Shown piece after piece: positions 44,144 to 54,588 of a DNA stretch of 64,000 bases; the first letter of the stretch is position 1; every line of letters starts with the position of its first letter. A program made the translations under genes and the position numbers. The stretch spans positions 9,301-73,300 of the forward strand of contig JBAXDH010000001.1 of assembly GCA_037141055.1 (NCBI GenBank), read 5' to 3'. The notes below the pieces were generated by a model. The model was given only the letters and a program-made list of their open reading frames with translations. It made no database searches and had not been told where the DNA came from. The stretch is from a bacterium (GTDB lineage: Bacteria > Bacteroidota > Bacteroidia > Bacteroidales > FEN-979).

Positions 44144-46345
44144 ATGGCGGCCAGCAAGGACGAGCATCAGTTGCATGAAGTATTGAAGAAAGTGTTTGGT
44201 TATGATAGCTTTAAGGGAAATCAGGAAGCCATAATTCGGAGTGTTTTAGCCAATAACGATACTTTTGTCATCATGCCTACGGGTGGTGGTAAATCGTTAT
44301 GTTACCAGCTTCCCGCCATGATGAAACCCGGAACGGCCATCATCGTTTCCCCGTTGATCGCCCTGATGAAGAACCAGGTTGATTCCATCAGGAGTTTCGG
44401 CACCGAGAACAATGTCGCTCATTTTATGAATTCTTCGCTTACCAAGCAGGAAATCATGCAGGTAAAGCAGGACATTGTGGACGGCAACACCAAGTTGCTC
44501 TATGTGGCACCCGAAACCATCACAAAGGAAGAAAATATTGAATTTCTCCAGAATATCCAGATTTCATTTTATGCCATCGATGAGGCACACTGCATTTCGG
44601 AATGGGGGCACGACTTCAGGCCGGAATACCGGAGGCTGCGGCCGATTATAGATGCCATCGGGCAAAAGGTTCCGGTCATTGCCCTCACGGCTACCGCCAC
44701 ACCGAAAGTTCAGCAGGACATTCAGAAAAACCTGAACATGCTCGATGCATCGGTCTTCCTCTCTTCTTTCAACCGGCCAAACCTCTATTATGAAGTCAGG
44801 GCAAAATCAAAGAACGTAACCAAGGATGTCATCAAGTTTATCAAAGGTCACGCAGGGAAATCTGGCATTGTTTACTGCCTCAGCCGGAAAAAAGTTGAGG
44901 AATTGTCTGAGAGTTTTGTCGTCAACGGGATAAAAGCGCTTCCATACCATGCCGGGCTGGATGCTTCAACCCGCCGCCAGAACCAGGATAAATTTCTCAT
45001 GGAGGAGGTGGACGTCATCGTAGCGACCATCGCTTTCGGGATGGGGATCGACAAACCCGATGTTCGGTTTGTGATTCACTACGACATGCCCAAGAGCCTC
45101 GAGGGTTACTACCAGGAAACAGGCCGCAGCGGGCGCGATGACGGCGAAGGCAATTGCATAGCTTTTTACAGCTATGATGATATCCAGAAACTGGAAAAGT
45201 TTTTAAAAGGAAAAGCGGTGGCCGAGCAGGAAATTGCAAAGCAACTGCTGATGGAAACGGTATCCTACAGCGAATCTTCTGTTTGCCGCCGTAAACAACT
45301 GCTACATTATTTCGGAGAGATCTACACTGAAGATAACTGCCAGAACTGCGACAACTGTATGCATCCAAAGAAAAAATTTGAAGGAAAGCAATATGTCCAG
45401 CTTGTCCTCGAAACCGTGATGGCTGTAAAGCAGCAATTCAAAAACAAGCACATCATCAACATCATCCTCGGGAAAAGCGCTGCCACGATCAAATCCTATA
45501 AACACAACAAACTGGATGCTTTCGGAAAGGGATCCGACCACGACGAAAAATTCTGGAATGCGGTTATACGGCAAACACTGATTGAACGCCTTCTCACAAA
45601 AGATATCGAAAACTACGGCCTGCTGAAGATCAGCCCTGAAGGAACCGAATTTCTTAAAAATCCGCGGTCCATCATGCTGGTCGACGATCACGATTTTGAA
45701 AATCCGGAGGAAGAGGAACTTTTTGAAGCGCTCGGCTCTAAAAGCAGCACGGCCGATAAAACGCTGTTTGCCCTTCTCAAGGACCTGCGCAAGGAAATCG
45801 CCCGCAAAGAGAAACTGCCCCCGTTTGTCATATTCCAGGATCCGTCGCTCGAAGACATGGCCATTCAGTACCCCATCACCGTTGATGAACTGAAGCAGAT
45901 CACCGGCGTGGGTTCGGGAAAGGCACTGAAATACGGCAAGCCTTTTCTGTCATTGATCAAGGAATATGTCGAAGAAAACGAAATTATCCGCCCGATGGAC
46001 ATGGTTGTCAAGTCGGTCGTGAATAAATCAGGGATTAAAGTCTTTATCATACAAAGCATCGACCGCAAAGTTGCCCTCGAAGACATTGCGCTTGCAAAAA
46101 ACCTCAGTTTCGAAGAGTTGATTACCGAAATCGAGAGTATCGTCGGGTCAGGGACCAGAATCGACATCAACTACTACATTGATGAATTCGTTGACCCGTA
46201 CCACCAGGAAGAGATCTTCGAATACTTCCGGAAGGCTGAATCCGATTCCATCGAGGAGGCGCTGAAAGAATTGGGTGAAGATGAATTCACGGAAGAGGAA
46301 ATCAGGTTGATGCGCATTAAATTCATGTCAGAACTAGGAAATTAA
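44144..46345 (+). CDS. recQ: ATP-dependent DNA helicase RecQ
   Basis: L...FGY..F...Q..II......D.FV.MPTGGGKSLCYQ.PA, DEAHCISEWGHDFRPEY, the Zn-binding C..C..C.NC block, then RQC and a C-terminal HRDC (FVIFQD.SL..MA...P). Confidence 0.95.
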   Translation: MAASKDEHQLHEVLKKVFGYDSFKGNQEAIIRSVLANNDTFVIMPTGGGKSLCYQLPAMMKPGTAIIVSPLIALMKNQVDSIRSFGTENNVAHFMNSSLTKQEIMQVKQDIVDGNTKLLYVAPETITKEENIEFLQNIQISFYAIDEAHCISEWGHDFRPEYRRLRPIIDAIGQKVPVIALTATATPKVQQDIQKNLNMLDASVFLSSFNRPNLYYEVRAKSKNVTKDVIKFIKGHAGKSGIVYCLSRKKVEELSESFVVNGIKALPYHAGLDASTRRQNQDKFLMEEVDVIVATIAFGMGIDKPDVRFVIHYDMPKSLEGYYQETGRSGRDDGEGNCIAFYSYDDIQKLEKFLKGKAVAEQEIAKQLLMETVSYSESSVCRRKQLLHYFGEIYTEDNCQNCDNCMHPKKKFEGKQYVQLVLETVMAVKQQFKNKHIINIILGKSAATIKSYKHNKLDAFGKGSDHDEKFWNAVIRQTLIERLLTKDIENYGLLKISPEGTEFLKNPRSIMLVDDHDFENPEEEELFEALGSKSSTADKTLFALLKDLRKEIARKEKLPPFVIFQDPSLEDMAIQYPITVDELKQITGVGSGKALKYGKPFLSLIKEYVEENEIIRPMDMVVKSVVNKSGIKVFIIQSIDRKVALEDIALAKNLSFEELITEIESIVGSGTRIDINYYIDEFVDPYHQEEIFEYFRKAESDSIEEALKELGEDEFTEEEIRLMRIKFMSELGN

Positions 46346-46354
46346 TCACAAACC

Positions 46355-47032
46355 ATGCAAGAAGAAACCATTACAAGTCCTGTGGAGAACCAGGAACCGG
46401 CTCCCCGTAAAACGAATTCATCATTTTTTGTATTCAACTTCAACACTGTCCTGGGACTTTTCCTGCTGGCAGGCTTGATAGTGCTGTATTTCCTTCATTT
46501 TTCCGGGCGCAGCTCTTCCTCGACGGTTGCGCCACTTACAATTCAGAAAGCGTCAGGAAGCCCGCTCTCCGTGGTTTTTGTGAATATCGACAGCCTGAAT
46601 ACACATTATGAATATGTGAAAATTCTTCGCAACGACCTCGAAAGTACGGGGAAGAGGCTCCAGACGGAAGTGCTGTCTGAGCAGTCTGCCCTGGAAAAGG
46701 AGGCAAATGAATTCCAGCGGCAGGTGGCGGCCAATATTATTCCAGAAGAAAAGGCGAAACTGATGTACGAGCAGCTGATGCAAAAGCAACAGGCTCTCAT
46801 GCAGAAGAAAGAGCACTACACCCAGCAGGTTGCCGACCAGGAGATGAGCATGAACCTGCGCCTGGTCGACAGCGTGACGGCTTTCCTGAAACGGTTCAAC
46901 CGTCAGTACAAGTTCGATTACATCATGGGTTTCAAAGCCGGAGGGGAAATCTTAATCTCCAACGATACCCTCGATATCACAAAATCGGTTCTTGAAGAAC
47001 TGAACAAAGAATACCACCAAAGAAAGAAATGA
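46355..47032 (+). CDS. OmpH/Skp-like periplasmic chaperone family protein
   Basis: N-terminal TM/signal anchor and a long coiled-coil region rich in Q/E/K (LQTEVLSEQSALEKEANEFQRQV...), as in Bacteroidota OmpH-family proteins. Confidence 0.6.
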   Translation: MQEETITSPVENQEPAPRKTNSSFFVFNFNTVLGLFLLAGLIVLYFLHFSGRSSSSTVAPLTIQKASGSPLSVVFVNIDSLNTHYEYVKILRNDLESTGKRLQTEVLSEQSALEKEANEFQRQVAANIIPEEKAKLMYEQLMQKQQALMQKKEHYTQQVADQEMSMNLRLVDSVTAFLKRFNRQYKFDYIMGFKAGGEILISNDTLDITKSVLEELNKEYHQRKK

Positions 47033-47409
47033 GATTTACCTTGCGTTTCCTGGTTTTATTCATGGCTGTTGCCGTGCTTTTTGCATGCAGGGAGAAAAAG
47101 GAACTGTCTGTTGTGCCGGTTACGGTGCCTGCCGATTCGCTTATTTCGGGTGAAACCATGATTCTGATCATTGCCGATATGCATGTTGCGGATGCCGCGA
47201 TGATGCTCGCAAGGGACGCTGATGCCGATCCCGACAAAGACCAGGGATTTTATTACATGGGAATATTCCGCAAATACCGCATCAGTCCTGCCAGGTATGA
47301 TATGAATGTGTCATATTACCGTCAGAACCCGGAAAACTTTGCGAAAATGTATGAGAAAGTAATCGAAGTACTGGAGAACCGGGCGAAATTCTGTGCCCGC
47401 AAAAAATAA
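47029..47409 (+). CDS. DUF4296-like lipoprotein
   Basis: Lipobox VLFAC. The pattern MILIIADMHVADAA... and Y......NPENFAKMYEKV resembles DUF4296. ATGA overlap with the upstream gene. Confidence 0.5.
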   Translation: MRFTLRFLVLFMAVAVLFACREKKELSVVPVTVPADSLISGETMILIIADMHVADAAMMLARDADADPDKDQGFYYMGIFRKYRISPARYDMNVSYYRQNPENFAKMYEKVIEVLENRAKFCARKK

Positions 47410-47826
47410 TTACAGCTTCGTATACGTTGCCACCGCGTGAATGAGGTTTGCCCCGTCATCCAGCGTGTAATTCCACGTAATTTTTGTCCCAACAAGGCCC
47501 CCCGATCCGTTAATTTTAATATTCGTCCCAATGATCTGGTCGGGATCAAGAAGGATCGTGGTTCCGGTCACCTCTGCCCCGGCAGGCAGACTGGCCGCCC
47601 CAGTGCCGGCAAAGTTGTAAATGAATACCCCGGTTGAAGATACCGGATCGGCCGTTATATTCACCTCGTATGTGAGTTTGGTCCAGGTTTCGGTTACACT
47701 CCATTTCCCCAGAAATGCGGCGCGTGCTCCGGCATCGGGCGTTGGATCCGCACTCTTTGCGCAACCGGAGAATATAATGGCCATAGCCAGCACCAGGGTT
47801 GAAAGAATTATCTTCATGGGTTTCAT
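47410..47826 (-). CDS. hypothetical lipoprotein (lipocalin-like size)
   Basis: Starting at MKPMKIILSTLVLAMAIIFSGC gives a lipobox. The mature part is beta-rich. The 47883 ORF start would overlap deoC. Confidence 0.5.
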   Translation of the reverse strand: MKPMKIILSTLVLAMAIIFSGCAKSADPTPDAGARAAFLGKWSVTETWTKLTYEVNITADPVSSTGVFIYNFAGTGAASLPAGAEVTGTTILLDPDQIIGTNIKINGSGGLVGTKITWNYTLDDGANLIHAVATYTKL

Positions 47827-47866
47827 TTTAAATTGATTGACTGCCTGTCCTGGACGGGTTTTGAGG

Positions 47867-48703
47867 TTAAATATATTCTGCAATGCGATCTGCCAGCCGG
47901 CTCGCGCCGATCCTGAATAATTCCGGCTTCAGCCATTCTTCCCCAAGGATGCTTTTTACCAGCCAGTAATAGTTGAGCGCTTTTTCGGGATCGGCGATGC
48001 CTCCGGCAGGTTTGATCCCGATTTGCTTCCCGGTCCTGCGGTGATATTCGCCGATGATCCTGAGCATCACAAAAACAGCCTCTTCCGTTGCTGCAGGAGT
48101 AATCTTGCCTGTGCTGGTTTTAATGAAGTCGGCACCGGCTTCAATCGCTATTTCACTTGCCCTGGCGATATTTTCAGGTGTCTGCAACTCCCCGGTCTCC
48201 AGGATCACTTTCAAGGTTTTCTGGCTGACCAGCTCGCGCATGGCATCAAGTTCGCGAAATAAACGATGGTATTCCCTGGCGAGAAAAGTGCCGCGTGAGA
48301 TCACCACGTCAATTTCATCAGCACCTTCGCCTATGGCATACCTGATTTCTTCCAGTTTGACGGAAATCGGCATTTGCCCGCTTGGGAAAGCAGCCGCGGT
48401 GGTGGCTACTTTGATCGGAGTGCCTTTCAACGCCTGTTTTGCAACACCTATGAAAGGCGGATAAATACACACTGCGGCGGGATATGGCAGCCCCTTTTCT
48501 CCGAAAGAAATGGCTTTTTCGCAAAGCAATTGAATCTTTGCCGGGTTGTCTGAGCCTTCCAGGGAAGTATAATCCATGCAGGAAAAGATGGTGCGCAATG
48601 CCTCTTTGCTGTTTTCAACAGCCGGCCTGCTGCCGAGGATTGCAAGGACATCTTCAGGAATGTCGATGAAGGAGATGCCGGATAGCAATGAAAAAGTGAA
48701 CAT
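47867..48703 (-). CDS. deoC: deoxyribose-phosphate aldolase (long form)
   Basis: MDYTSL, GADEIDVVI, KVILETGEL, Schiff-base Lys block DFIKTSTGK and IKPAGGI. Confidence 0.85.
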   Translation of the reverse strand: MFTFSLLSGISFIDIPEDVLAILGSRPAVENSKEALRTIFSCMDYTSLEGSDNPAKIQLLCEKAISFGEKGLPYPAAVCIYPPFIGVAKQALKGTPIKVATTAAAFPSGQMPISVKLEEIRYAIGEGADEIDVVISRGTFLAREYHRLFRELDAMRELVSQKTLKVILETGELQTPENIARASEIAIEAGADFIKTSTGKITPAATEEAVFVMLRIIGEYHRRTGKQIGIKPAGGIADPEKALNYYWLVKSILGEEWLKPELFRIGASRLADRIAEYI

Positions 48704-48715
48704 CGTGCGCTGCGT

Positions 48716-50995
48716 TTAGAAACTGAAACTCAATCCAAGGCTCGGCATAAGCGGCATCTGGTCAACACGGGTATAAGAAACCCTGTCGAAGTAGAAGATG
48801 TTTTGCTGGTTCAGCGCATTTGTAACGCTTATATTTATCTCAAGCTTCATGGTCTTGCCCAGCGTGAATATCTTTTTCAGGTTGAAATCCAAACGGCTGT
48901 AATATGGAAGCCGTCCTTTGTCATAGTCACTGTAGAGGATTCCAAGTGTTCCGTTCCCTGTGGCATAATTGGTCCCCATGTTGCCAAAGTTGATCTGCTC
49001 GTAGAATCCGCCTGTTTGTGTAAACGGGAATCCGGATCCATAGTTATACCTCACATCAACTTCCCAGTCGTTATGTTTGCCCCAGTTAAACGTGGATACG
49101 ACATTCAGGTTATGACGCCGGTCGTATGGCGGGACAAAACTTGTCATGCCGTCGTTCCGATGGATGAATCCAAGGGAATAGGTTACCCAGAAATGAATTT
49201 TTTTCCAGTCATATTTCACTGAAAAATCCACCCCTTCGGCATCACCGGTCTCATAGGTGAAATCCTTTTTGTAATAATCGGGAACTTTCGCGTTTTCCGG
49301 GGTGTCGTCATATAACTTGTTTCGGTTCAGGCCTGTGAGCACCGGGTAATATTTGTAATATCCTTCAACATTCACCGACAGGTTTGTAAGGAGATCCCAT
49401 TCAAAACCGAAAACAACCTGGTCGCATTTCTGCAGTTTGTTTGTCGGGCTGGTGATGAATCCGTAAAACAGGTTCACGACATCCTTGTCGTACGTGGTAC
49501 TGATCAGGTTTTGCGAATAAATGCCCGCCGCCATTTTTAGCCTGAAATTTTTTGCCATGTTGTACTTGATTGCCAGCCGCGGTTCAAAGGAAGCGACAGA
49601 AATGGAAGCGTAATACTGGAACCTCAGGCCGGGCTCAATGATAAATTTTCCGGGCATCCATTTATACTTTGCAAAGAGAGACGCCTCCGTGGAGTTCTGG
49701 GTGAAATCAATCCGGCGGTTCACAATGTTGTAAAAATCGAGAACAGTCTTATATCCTGAAAGTTCCAGCCCGTATTTCAGCGCATCCCTTCCGAAAAAAT
49801 AGGTAAAATTCAAGCCGCCGTTGAATCCAGAGATCGAACTTGACCTTGGGGATTTGTTGAGCTCCTGCAACTCGACTTTATAATTCGAGTAGGCAAAGTT
49901 TCCTTCGATCAGCACGGAACTTTTTCCCGGGATTGCCAGAAAGGTCAGGCCGCCTCCGGCCGAATTCCAGTTGTAATTCTGAAGGACTTTGTAGTTGACC
50001 TTATCGGAAAAATTGAATCCGAAGACGTTTACCTTACTCCCGTTCGGGGCGTTGATGGCAACTTTTCCGTAAATATCCAGGTAATTGTACGGAAGGCCGT
50101 TTTCATCGATGTATGTGTAAAAGATCTTGCTCGACTGCTGCAGGTAGGAGTTCTTGATTGAAAGCAGGAATGTGGCGCTGGCCTCATCCTGGTTTTTAGG
50201 CTTGTAAATGGGTCCTTCAATAAGGGCCTTTGCCCCGAAGGTGCTGACGTCGAATTTTCCTGAAAAACGGTTCTTGTTCCCGTCGCGCGTGGTGACGTCC
50301 ATGACAGATGAAAGGCGGCCCCCGTATTCAGCCCCGAAACCGCCGGTGTACACATCCACATTTTTCAGGATATCCACGTCAAAAACGGAAAACAGCCCGA
50401 TGGAATGGAACGGATTGTAAACGATCATCCCGTCGTAAAGCACCTTATTCTGGATGGGAGGGCCTCCGCGGATATACAACTGGCCGCCCTGGTCTCCCGA
50501 AAAAATAACCCCCGGAAGTATCTGGAGGTATTGCGCCAGGTCGGGCTGGCCACCGATGGTGGGAATTGACTGAATCTCCTTCGGTGTTATTTTTATAATG
50601 CTGGTCTGTGTTTCCCTGACCTTGTTCTGCCTTGCGGCTGAAATATTAACCTCGTCAAGCTGAACCGTGGACTTCGTCAGGTACAGTTTTTTTGACAGTA
50701 AATCGTTCGCAGTTATTGTAACGGGAATCCTGAGTGTGTCACACCCTACATAGGTGACCATCAGGAAATACTGGCCGGGCGGAATCTTTGTTATGGCAAA
50801 ATATCCGTTTGCATCCGTGGGGGCTCCGATGGAAGTTTTGTAAAGGTACACGTTCGTAAATATTACAGGTTCTCCTGTTGCCTGCTCATAAACGAACCCA
50901 CGAATGGAGCCGTTCTGGGCATTGATCCCCTGGTGGATAAACATGCAAAGTGAAACGAGAAAAAAGAGCGGAAGAATTTTTCTGGGAAGAGGCAT
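48716..50995 (-). CDS. TonB-dependent receptor with N-terminal CarboxypepD_reg domain
   Basis: It has a signal peptide, G.V......GEP.....V........TD.NGYF, a plug (IRGG....N.VLYDGM.VYN) and a C-terminal beta-barrel ending ...LGLSFSF. Confidence 0.85.
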   Translation of the reverse strand: MPLPRKILPLFFLVSLCMFIHQGINAQNGSIRGFVYEQATGEPVIFTNVYLYKTSIGAPTDANGYFAITKIPPGQYFLMVTYVGCDTLRIPVTITANDLLSKKLYLTKSTVQLDEVNISAARQNKVRETQTSIIKITPKEIQSIPTIGGQPDLAQYLQILPGVIFSGDQGGQLYIRGGPPIQNKVLYDGMIVYNPFHSIGLFSVFDVDILKNVDVYTGGFGAEYGGRLSSVMDVTTRDGNKNRFSGKFDVSTFGAKALIEGPIYKPKNQDEASATFLLSIKNSYLQQSSKIFYTYIDENGLPYNYLDIYGKVAINAPNGSKVNVFGFNFSDKVNYKVLQNYNWNSAGGGLTFLAIPGKSSVLIEGNFAYSNYKVELQELNKSPRSSSISGFNGGLNFTYFFGRDALKYGLELSGYKTVLDFYNIVNRRIDFTQNSTEASLFAKYKWMPGKFIIEPGLRFQYYASISVASFEPRLAIKYNMAKNFRLKMAAGIYSQNLISTTYDKDVVNLFYGFITSPTNKLQKCDQVVFGFEWDLLTNLSVNVEGYYKYYPVLTGLNRNKLYDDTPENAKVPDYYKKDFTYETGDAEGVDFSVKYDWKKIHFWVTYSLGFIHRNDGMTSFVPPYDRRHNLNVVSTFNWGKHNDWEVDVRYNYGSGFPFTQTGGFYEQINFGNMGTNYATGNGTLGILYSDYDKGRLPYYSRLDFNLKKIFTLGKTMKLEINISVTNALNQQNIFYFDRVSYTRVDQMPLMPSLGLSFSF

Positions 50996-51103
50996 CGGTT
51001 GTTGATGTGTTTATCAGGTCTAAGGAGCAAAATTAGGCATAATCATCGAGTAAAAAAAGCGAAAACACCTGCAGCCGGAAAACCCCCATTGAAAAAATAT
51101 TCT

Positions 51104-51111
51104 TAATTTTG
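51104..51111 (+). promoter_or_regulatory. candidate -7 box (TAATTTTG) for iorAB
   Basis: TAnnTTTG match 30 nt upstream of the 51141 ATG. Motif match only. Confidence 0.35.
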
Positions 51112-51140
51112 TCCAGGTTCAAATACCTTTATATAAATCT

Positions 51141-52748
51141 ATGCAGAAGTTATTGTTTTTGGGGGATGAGGCCATTGCACAGGCGGCCCTGGATGCCGGC
51201 TTGTCCGGAATATATGCCTATCCCGGAACTCCCTCTACTGAAATTACTGAATTTGTACAGAATTCAAAATTTGCCGCTGAACACCACGTTCATTCGTCAT
51301 GGTCCGCCAATGAAAAAACAGCCATGGAATCGGCGCTGGGAATGTCGTATGCAGGAAAGCGTACAATGGTTTGCATGAAACATGTCGGTTTGAATGTCGC
51401 TGCCGATCCTTTTATCAATGCCGCCATCACGGGGGCAAACGGAGGACTGATTGTGGTTGCGGCAGACGATCCTTCCATGCATTCATCGCAGAATGAGCAG
51501 GACTCAAGGTTTTACGGAAAGTTCGCCCTTGTGCCCATCCTGGAGCCTGTCGATCAGCAGGAAGCATACGACATGGTTCATTATGGATTTGATTTTTCGG
51601 AAAAATATAAAGTGCCCGTCATGATGCGCATCACCACAAGGATGGCACATTCACGCTCGGGAGTTACCAGGAGGCCTGAAGTCAGGAAGCAGAATGAATT
51701 GAAAATGCCTTCCGACCTGCGCCAGTTTGTTCTCCTGCCCGCCATCGCCAGAAAGCGATACAGGGGACTCCTGTCGGAGCAGGAAAAATTTGTCGCGGAG
51801 TCGGAATCATCACCCTTTAACACATATATCGACGGCCCCGACAAATCGATGGGGATCATTGTCTGCGGCATTGCATACAACTACCTGCTTGAAAATTTCC
51901 CCGATCGCATTGTGCCGAATCCTGTGCTGAAAATCGGGCAGTATCCCCTGCCGTATTCCCTGGTGGAAAAAATGGCCGATGAATGCGACGAAATCCTGGT
52001 AATCGAAGACGGATATCCCGTTGTGGAAGAGCAGCTGAAAGGCTTACTCGGACGCGGGCTGAAAGTGAAAGGCCGGCTCGACGGGACCCTGCCGCGCGAC
52101 GGCGAACTCAACCCCAACCTGATTGCTGTTGCATTGGGCAAGCCTGATACCTACGGCATCCCGGTGCCAGAGTTGGTTGTCGTACGACCTCCTTCACTGT
52201 GCAGCGGTTGTCCGCACATTGATTCCTATTATGCATTGAGTGAAACACTCAGCAGTTTATCCAACGGGCGCGTATTTTCCGATATCGGCTGTTATACGCT
52301 TGGTGCCCTGAAACCGTACGAAGCGATTAATTCCTGCGTCGACATGGGGGCTTCCATCACCATGGCCAAAGGAGCTGCTGATGCAGGCCTGATTCCTGCA
52401 GTTGCGGTTATCGGAGATTCCACTTTTACCCATTCTGGCATGACGGGTTTGCTGGATGCCATCAATGACAAGTCGCCCATTACGATCATGATCCTTGACA
52501 ATGGTACCACCGCCATGACCGGCGGACAGGATTCCCCCGCGTACGGAAAAATAGAAGATATCTGCAAAGGCCTGGGAGTTGAGGAAGCGCACATCCGTAT
52601 TCTGAAACCGTTGAAAAAATACCATGATGAAAATGTTGCCGTCATGAAAGAGGAACTGGCGTATCCAGGCGTCTCCGTCATCATCCCCCGCCGCGAATGT
52701 ATCGTAGCCATTGACAAGCGCGTTCGCGACAAATTCAAGAACAAGTAA
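51141..52748 (+). CDS. iorA: indolepyruvate (arylpyruvate):ferredoxin oxidoreductase alpha subunit, TPP-dependent
   Basis: LLFLGDEAIAQAALDAG......YPGTPSTEI, the Cys block PPSLCSGCPH and the TPP motif GDSTF.HSG....LDA. Confidence 0.8.
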   Translation: MQKLLFLGDEAIAQAALDAGLSGIYAYPGTPSTEITEFVQNSKFAAEHHVHSSWSANEKTAMESALGMSYAGKRTMVCMKHVGLNVAADPFINAAITGANGGLIVVAADDPSMHSSQNEQDSRFYGKFALVPILEPVDQQEAYDMVHYGFDFSEKYKVPVMMRITTRMAHSRSGVTRRPEVRKQNELKMPSDLRQFVLLPAIARKRYRGLLSEQEKFVAESESSPFNTYIDGPDKSMGIIVCGIAYNYLLENFPDRIVPNPVLKIGQYPLPYSLVEKMADECDEILVIEDGYPVVEEQLKGLLGRGLKVKGRLDGTLPRDGELNPNLIAVALGKPDTYGIPVPELVVVRPPSLCSGCPHIDSYYALSETLSSLSNGRVFSDIGCYTLGALKPYEAINSCVDMGASITMAKGAADAGLIPAVAVIGDSTFTHSGMTGLLDAINDKSPITIMILDNGTTAMTGGQDSPAYGKIEDICKGLGVEEAHIRILKPLKKYHDENVAVMKEELAYPGVSVIIPRRECIVAIDKRVRDKFKNK

Positions 52749-52760
52749 AACTGCCGACTG

Positions 52761-53342
52761 ATGAAAAAAGATATAATATTAGCCGGTGTAGGGGGCCAGG
52801 GAATCATTTCCATTGCTTCCATTATTGGCTTCGCCGCGCTTGAACAGGGGATGTATTTAAAACAGTCGGAGGTGCATGGAATGAGCCAGAGGGGAGGCGA
52901 TGTGATGTCAAATCTCCGGATTTCACATCATCCGATCGCATCCGACCTTATTCCTTTCGGACAGGCGGATATGATCATCTCCATTGAACCGCTGGAGTCG
53001 CTCCGCTACCTGCCCTATCTGTCGGGCGAAGGCTGGGTTATTACCAATACACGGCCGTTTAACAACATTCCCAACTATCCCGACATGGATAAGGTGATGG
53101 CTGAAATAGCAAAGGTTCCGCATCATGTAGCCCTGGATGCCGATGCAACGGCCAAAGAAGCAGGCTCGACCAAGGCAACGAATATTGTCATTTTGGGCGC
53201 CGCCTCCCCATTCCTTGGAATGGCTTACGAGACGCTGGAAAATGCAATCCGGTTTATCTTCCGGAAGAAGGGGGATAAAATCATTGAACTTAACCTGAAT
53301 GCCTTAAAGGCAGGGCGGGATTTTACAGATAAGCAGATCTAA
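52761..53342 (+). CDS. iorB: indolepyruvate oxidoreductase beta subunit (2-oxoacid:acceptor oxidoreductase gamma-type)
   Basis: [10 protein letters not shown].......A.....G...[17 protein letters not shown] and size ~190 aa. Confidence 0.8.
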   Translation: MKKDIILAGVGGQGIISIASIIGFAALEQGMYLKQSEVHGMSQRGGDVMSNLRISHHPIASDLIPFGQADMIISIEPLESLRYLPYLSGEGWVITNTRPFNNIPNYPDMDKVMAEIAKVPHHVALDADATAKEAGSTKATNIVILGAASPFLGMAYETLENAIRFIFRKKGDKIIELNLNALKAGRDFTDKQI

Positions 53343-53354
53343 TTTTTTTCTTCG

Positions 53355-53362
53355 TACCTTTG
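53355..53362 (+). promoter_or_regulatory. candidate internal -7 box (TACCTTTG) ahead of the alpha-oxoamine synthase gene
   Basis: TAnnTTTG match 31 nt upstream of the 53393 ATG, inside the 50-nt iorB-spt gap. Motif match only. Confidence 0.3.
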
Positions 53363-53392
53363 AACGCTATTATTTTACAGAAAGATAAACCA

Positions 53393-54583
53393 ATGAGGAT
53401 TTTACAACGCAAATGCTCCCATTTTACCGAACCGCAGAAAGTTGAAAAAATGGGAATTTACCCATATTTCAGAATGATTGAATCAGACCAGGATACTGTG
53501 GTAACCATGAATGGCAGGAAAGTGCTGATGTTCGGCTCGAACAGCTACCTGGGCCTGACCAACCATCCGAAAATCAAGGAAGCAGCCATCAAGGCGACGG
53601 AAAAGTACGGTACCGGCTGTGCCGGATCACGATTCCTCAACGGAACGCTTGATATTCACGTCGAACTTGAACATAAACTGGCCGAATTTGTCGGAAAACC
53701 GTCTGCCCTGGTTTACAGTACCGGTTTCCAGGTGAATCTGGGTGTGATACCCACGGTGACCGGCCGAAACGATTATATCCTCATCGACGAACTCGACCAT
53801 GCATCGATCATTGAAGCAACCCGGTTGTCGTTTGCCAAAGTGCTGAAATATCGTCACAACGACATGCACTCACTGGAAAATGTTTTGAAAAGATGCGAGG
53901 CCAACAGGATTAAACTGATTGTTGTTGACGGGGTTTTCAGCATGGACGGTGATATAGCAAGGCTTCCGGACATCGTGAAGCTGGCTGAGAAATATGAAGC
54001 AACGGTGATGGTCGATGATGCACATTCCATTGGCGTGCTTGGCAAACATGGTGCAGGAACTGCCAACCATTTCGGCCTGACGGATAAAGTCGACCTCATC
54101 ATGGGCACCTTCTCGAAATCACTTGCCGCCCTGGGCGGTTTCATTGCCAGCGATTTTGAAACGATCAATTATATCAAACATAATTCACGTACCCTCATTT
54201 TCAGTGCTTCCGCCACGCCTGCCTCGGCTGCAGCAGTGCTCATGGCACTTGAAATTATCAAAAGCGAACCCGAGCGAATTGAAAATCTGTGGAAGGTAAC
54301 CCATTATGCCATCGATAATTTCAGAAAACTCGGCTTTGATATCGGGCATACGGTAACGCCAATTATACCTCTTTATATCCGCGACAATCTTAAAACACTC
54401 AGCATCACGAAGTTGCTGCTTGATGAAGGAATATTTGTAAACCCCGTGGTTGCACCGGCCGTTAGTAAAGACGATACGCTGATTCGCTTTTCCCTGATGG
54501 CAACTCATACAATAGAGCAGGTAGATATTGCACTGGAGAAATTTGAGAAACTCGGGAAGAAGCTTCAAATTATCTCAAAATAA
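53393..54583 (+). CDS. alpha-oxoamine synthase (serine palmitoyltransferase / 8-amino-7-oxononanoate synthase family)
   Basis: [44 protein letters not shown] and PLP-lysine block GTFSKSLA. Its size and layout are like those of Bacteroidota Spt. Confidence 0.85.
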   Translation: MRILQRKCSHFTEPQKVEKMGIYPYFRMIESDQDTVVTMNGRKVLMFGSNSYLGLTNHPKIKEAAIKATEKYGTGCAGSRFLNGTLDIHVELEHKLAEFVGKPSALVYSTGFQVNLGVIPTVTGRNDYILIDELDHASIIEATRLSFAKVLKYRHNDMHSLENVLKRCEANRIKLIVVDGVFSMDGDIARLPDIVKLAEKYEATVMVDDAHSIGVLGKHGAGTANHFGLTDKVDLIMGTFSKSLAALGGFIASDFETINYIKHNSRTLIFSASATPASAAAVLMALEIIKSEPERIENLWKVTHYAIDNFRKLGFDIGHTVTPIIPLYIRDNLKTLSITKLLLDEGIFVNPVVAPAVSKDDTLIRFSLMATHTIEQVDIALEKFEKLGKKLQIISK

Positions 54584-54588
54584 ACCTG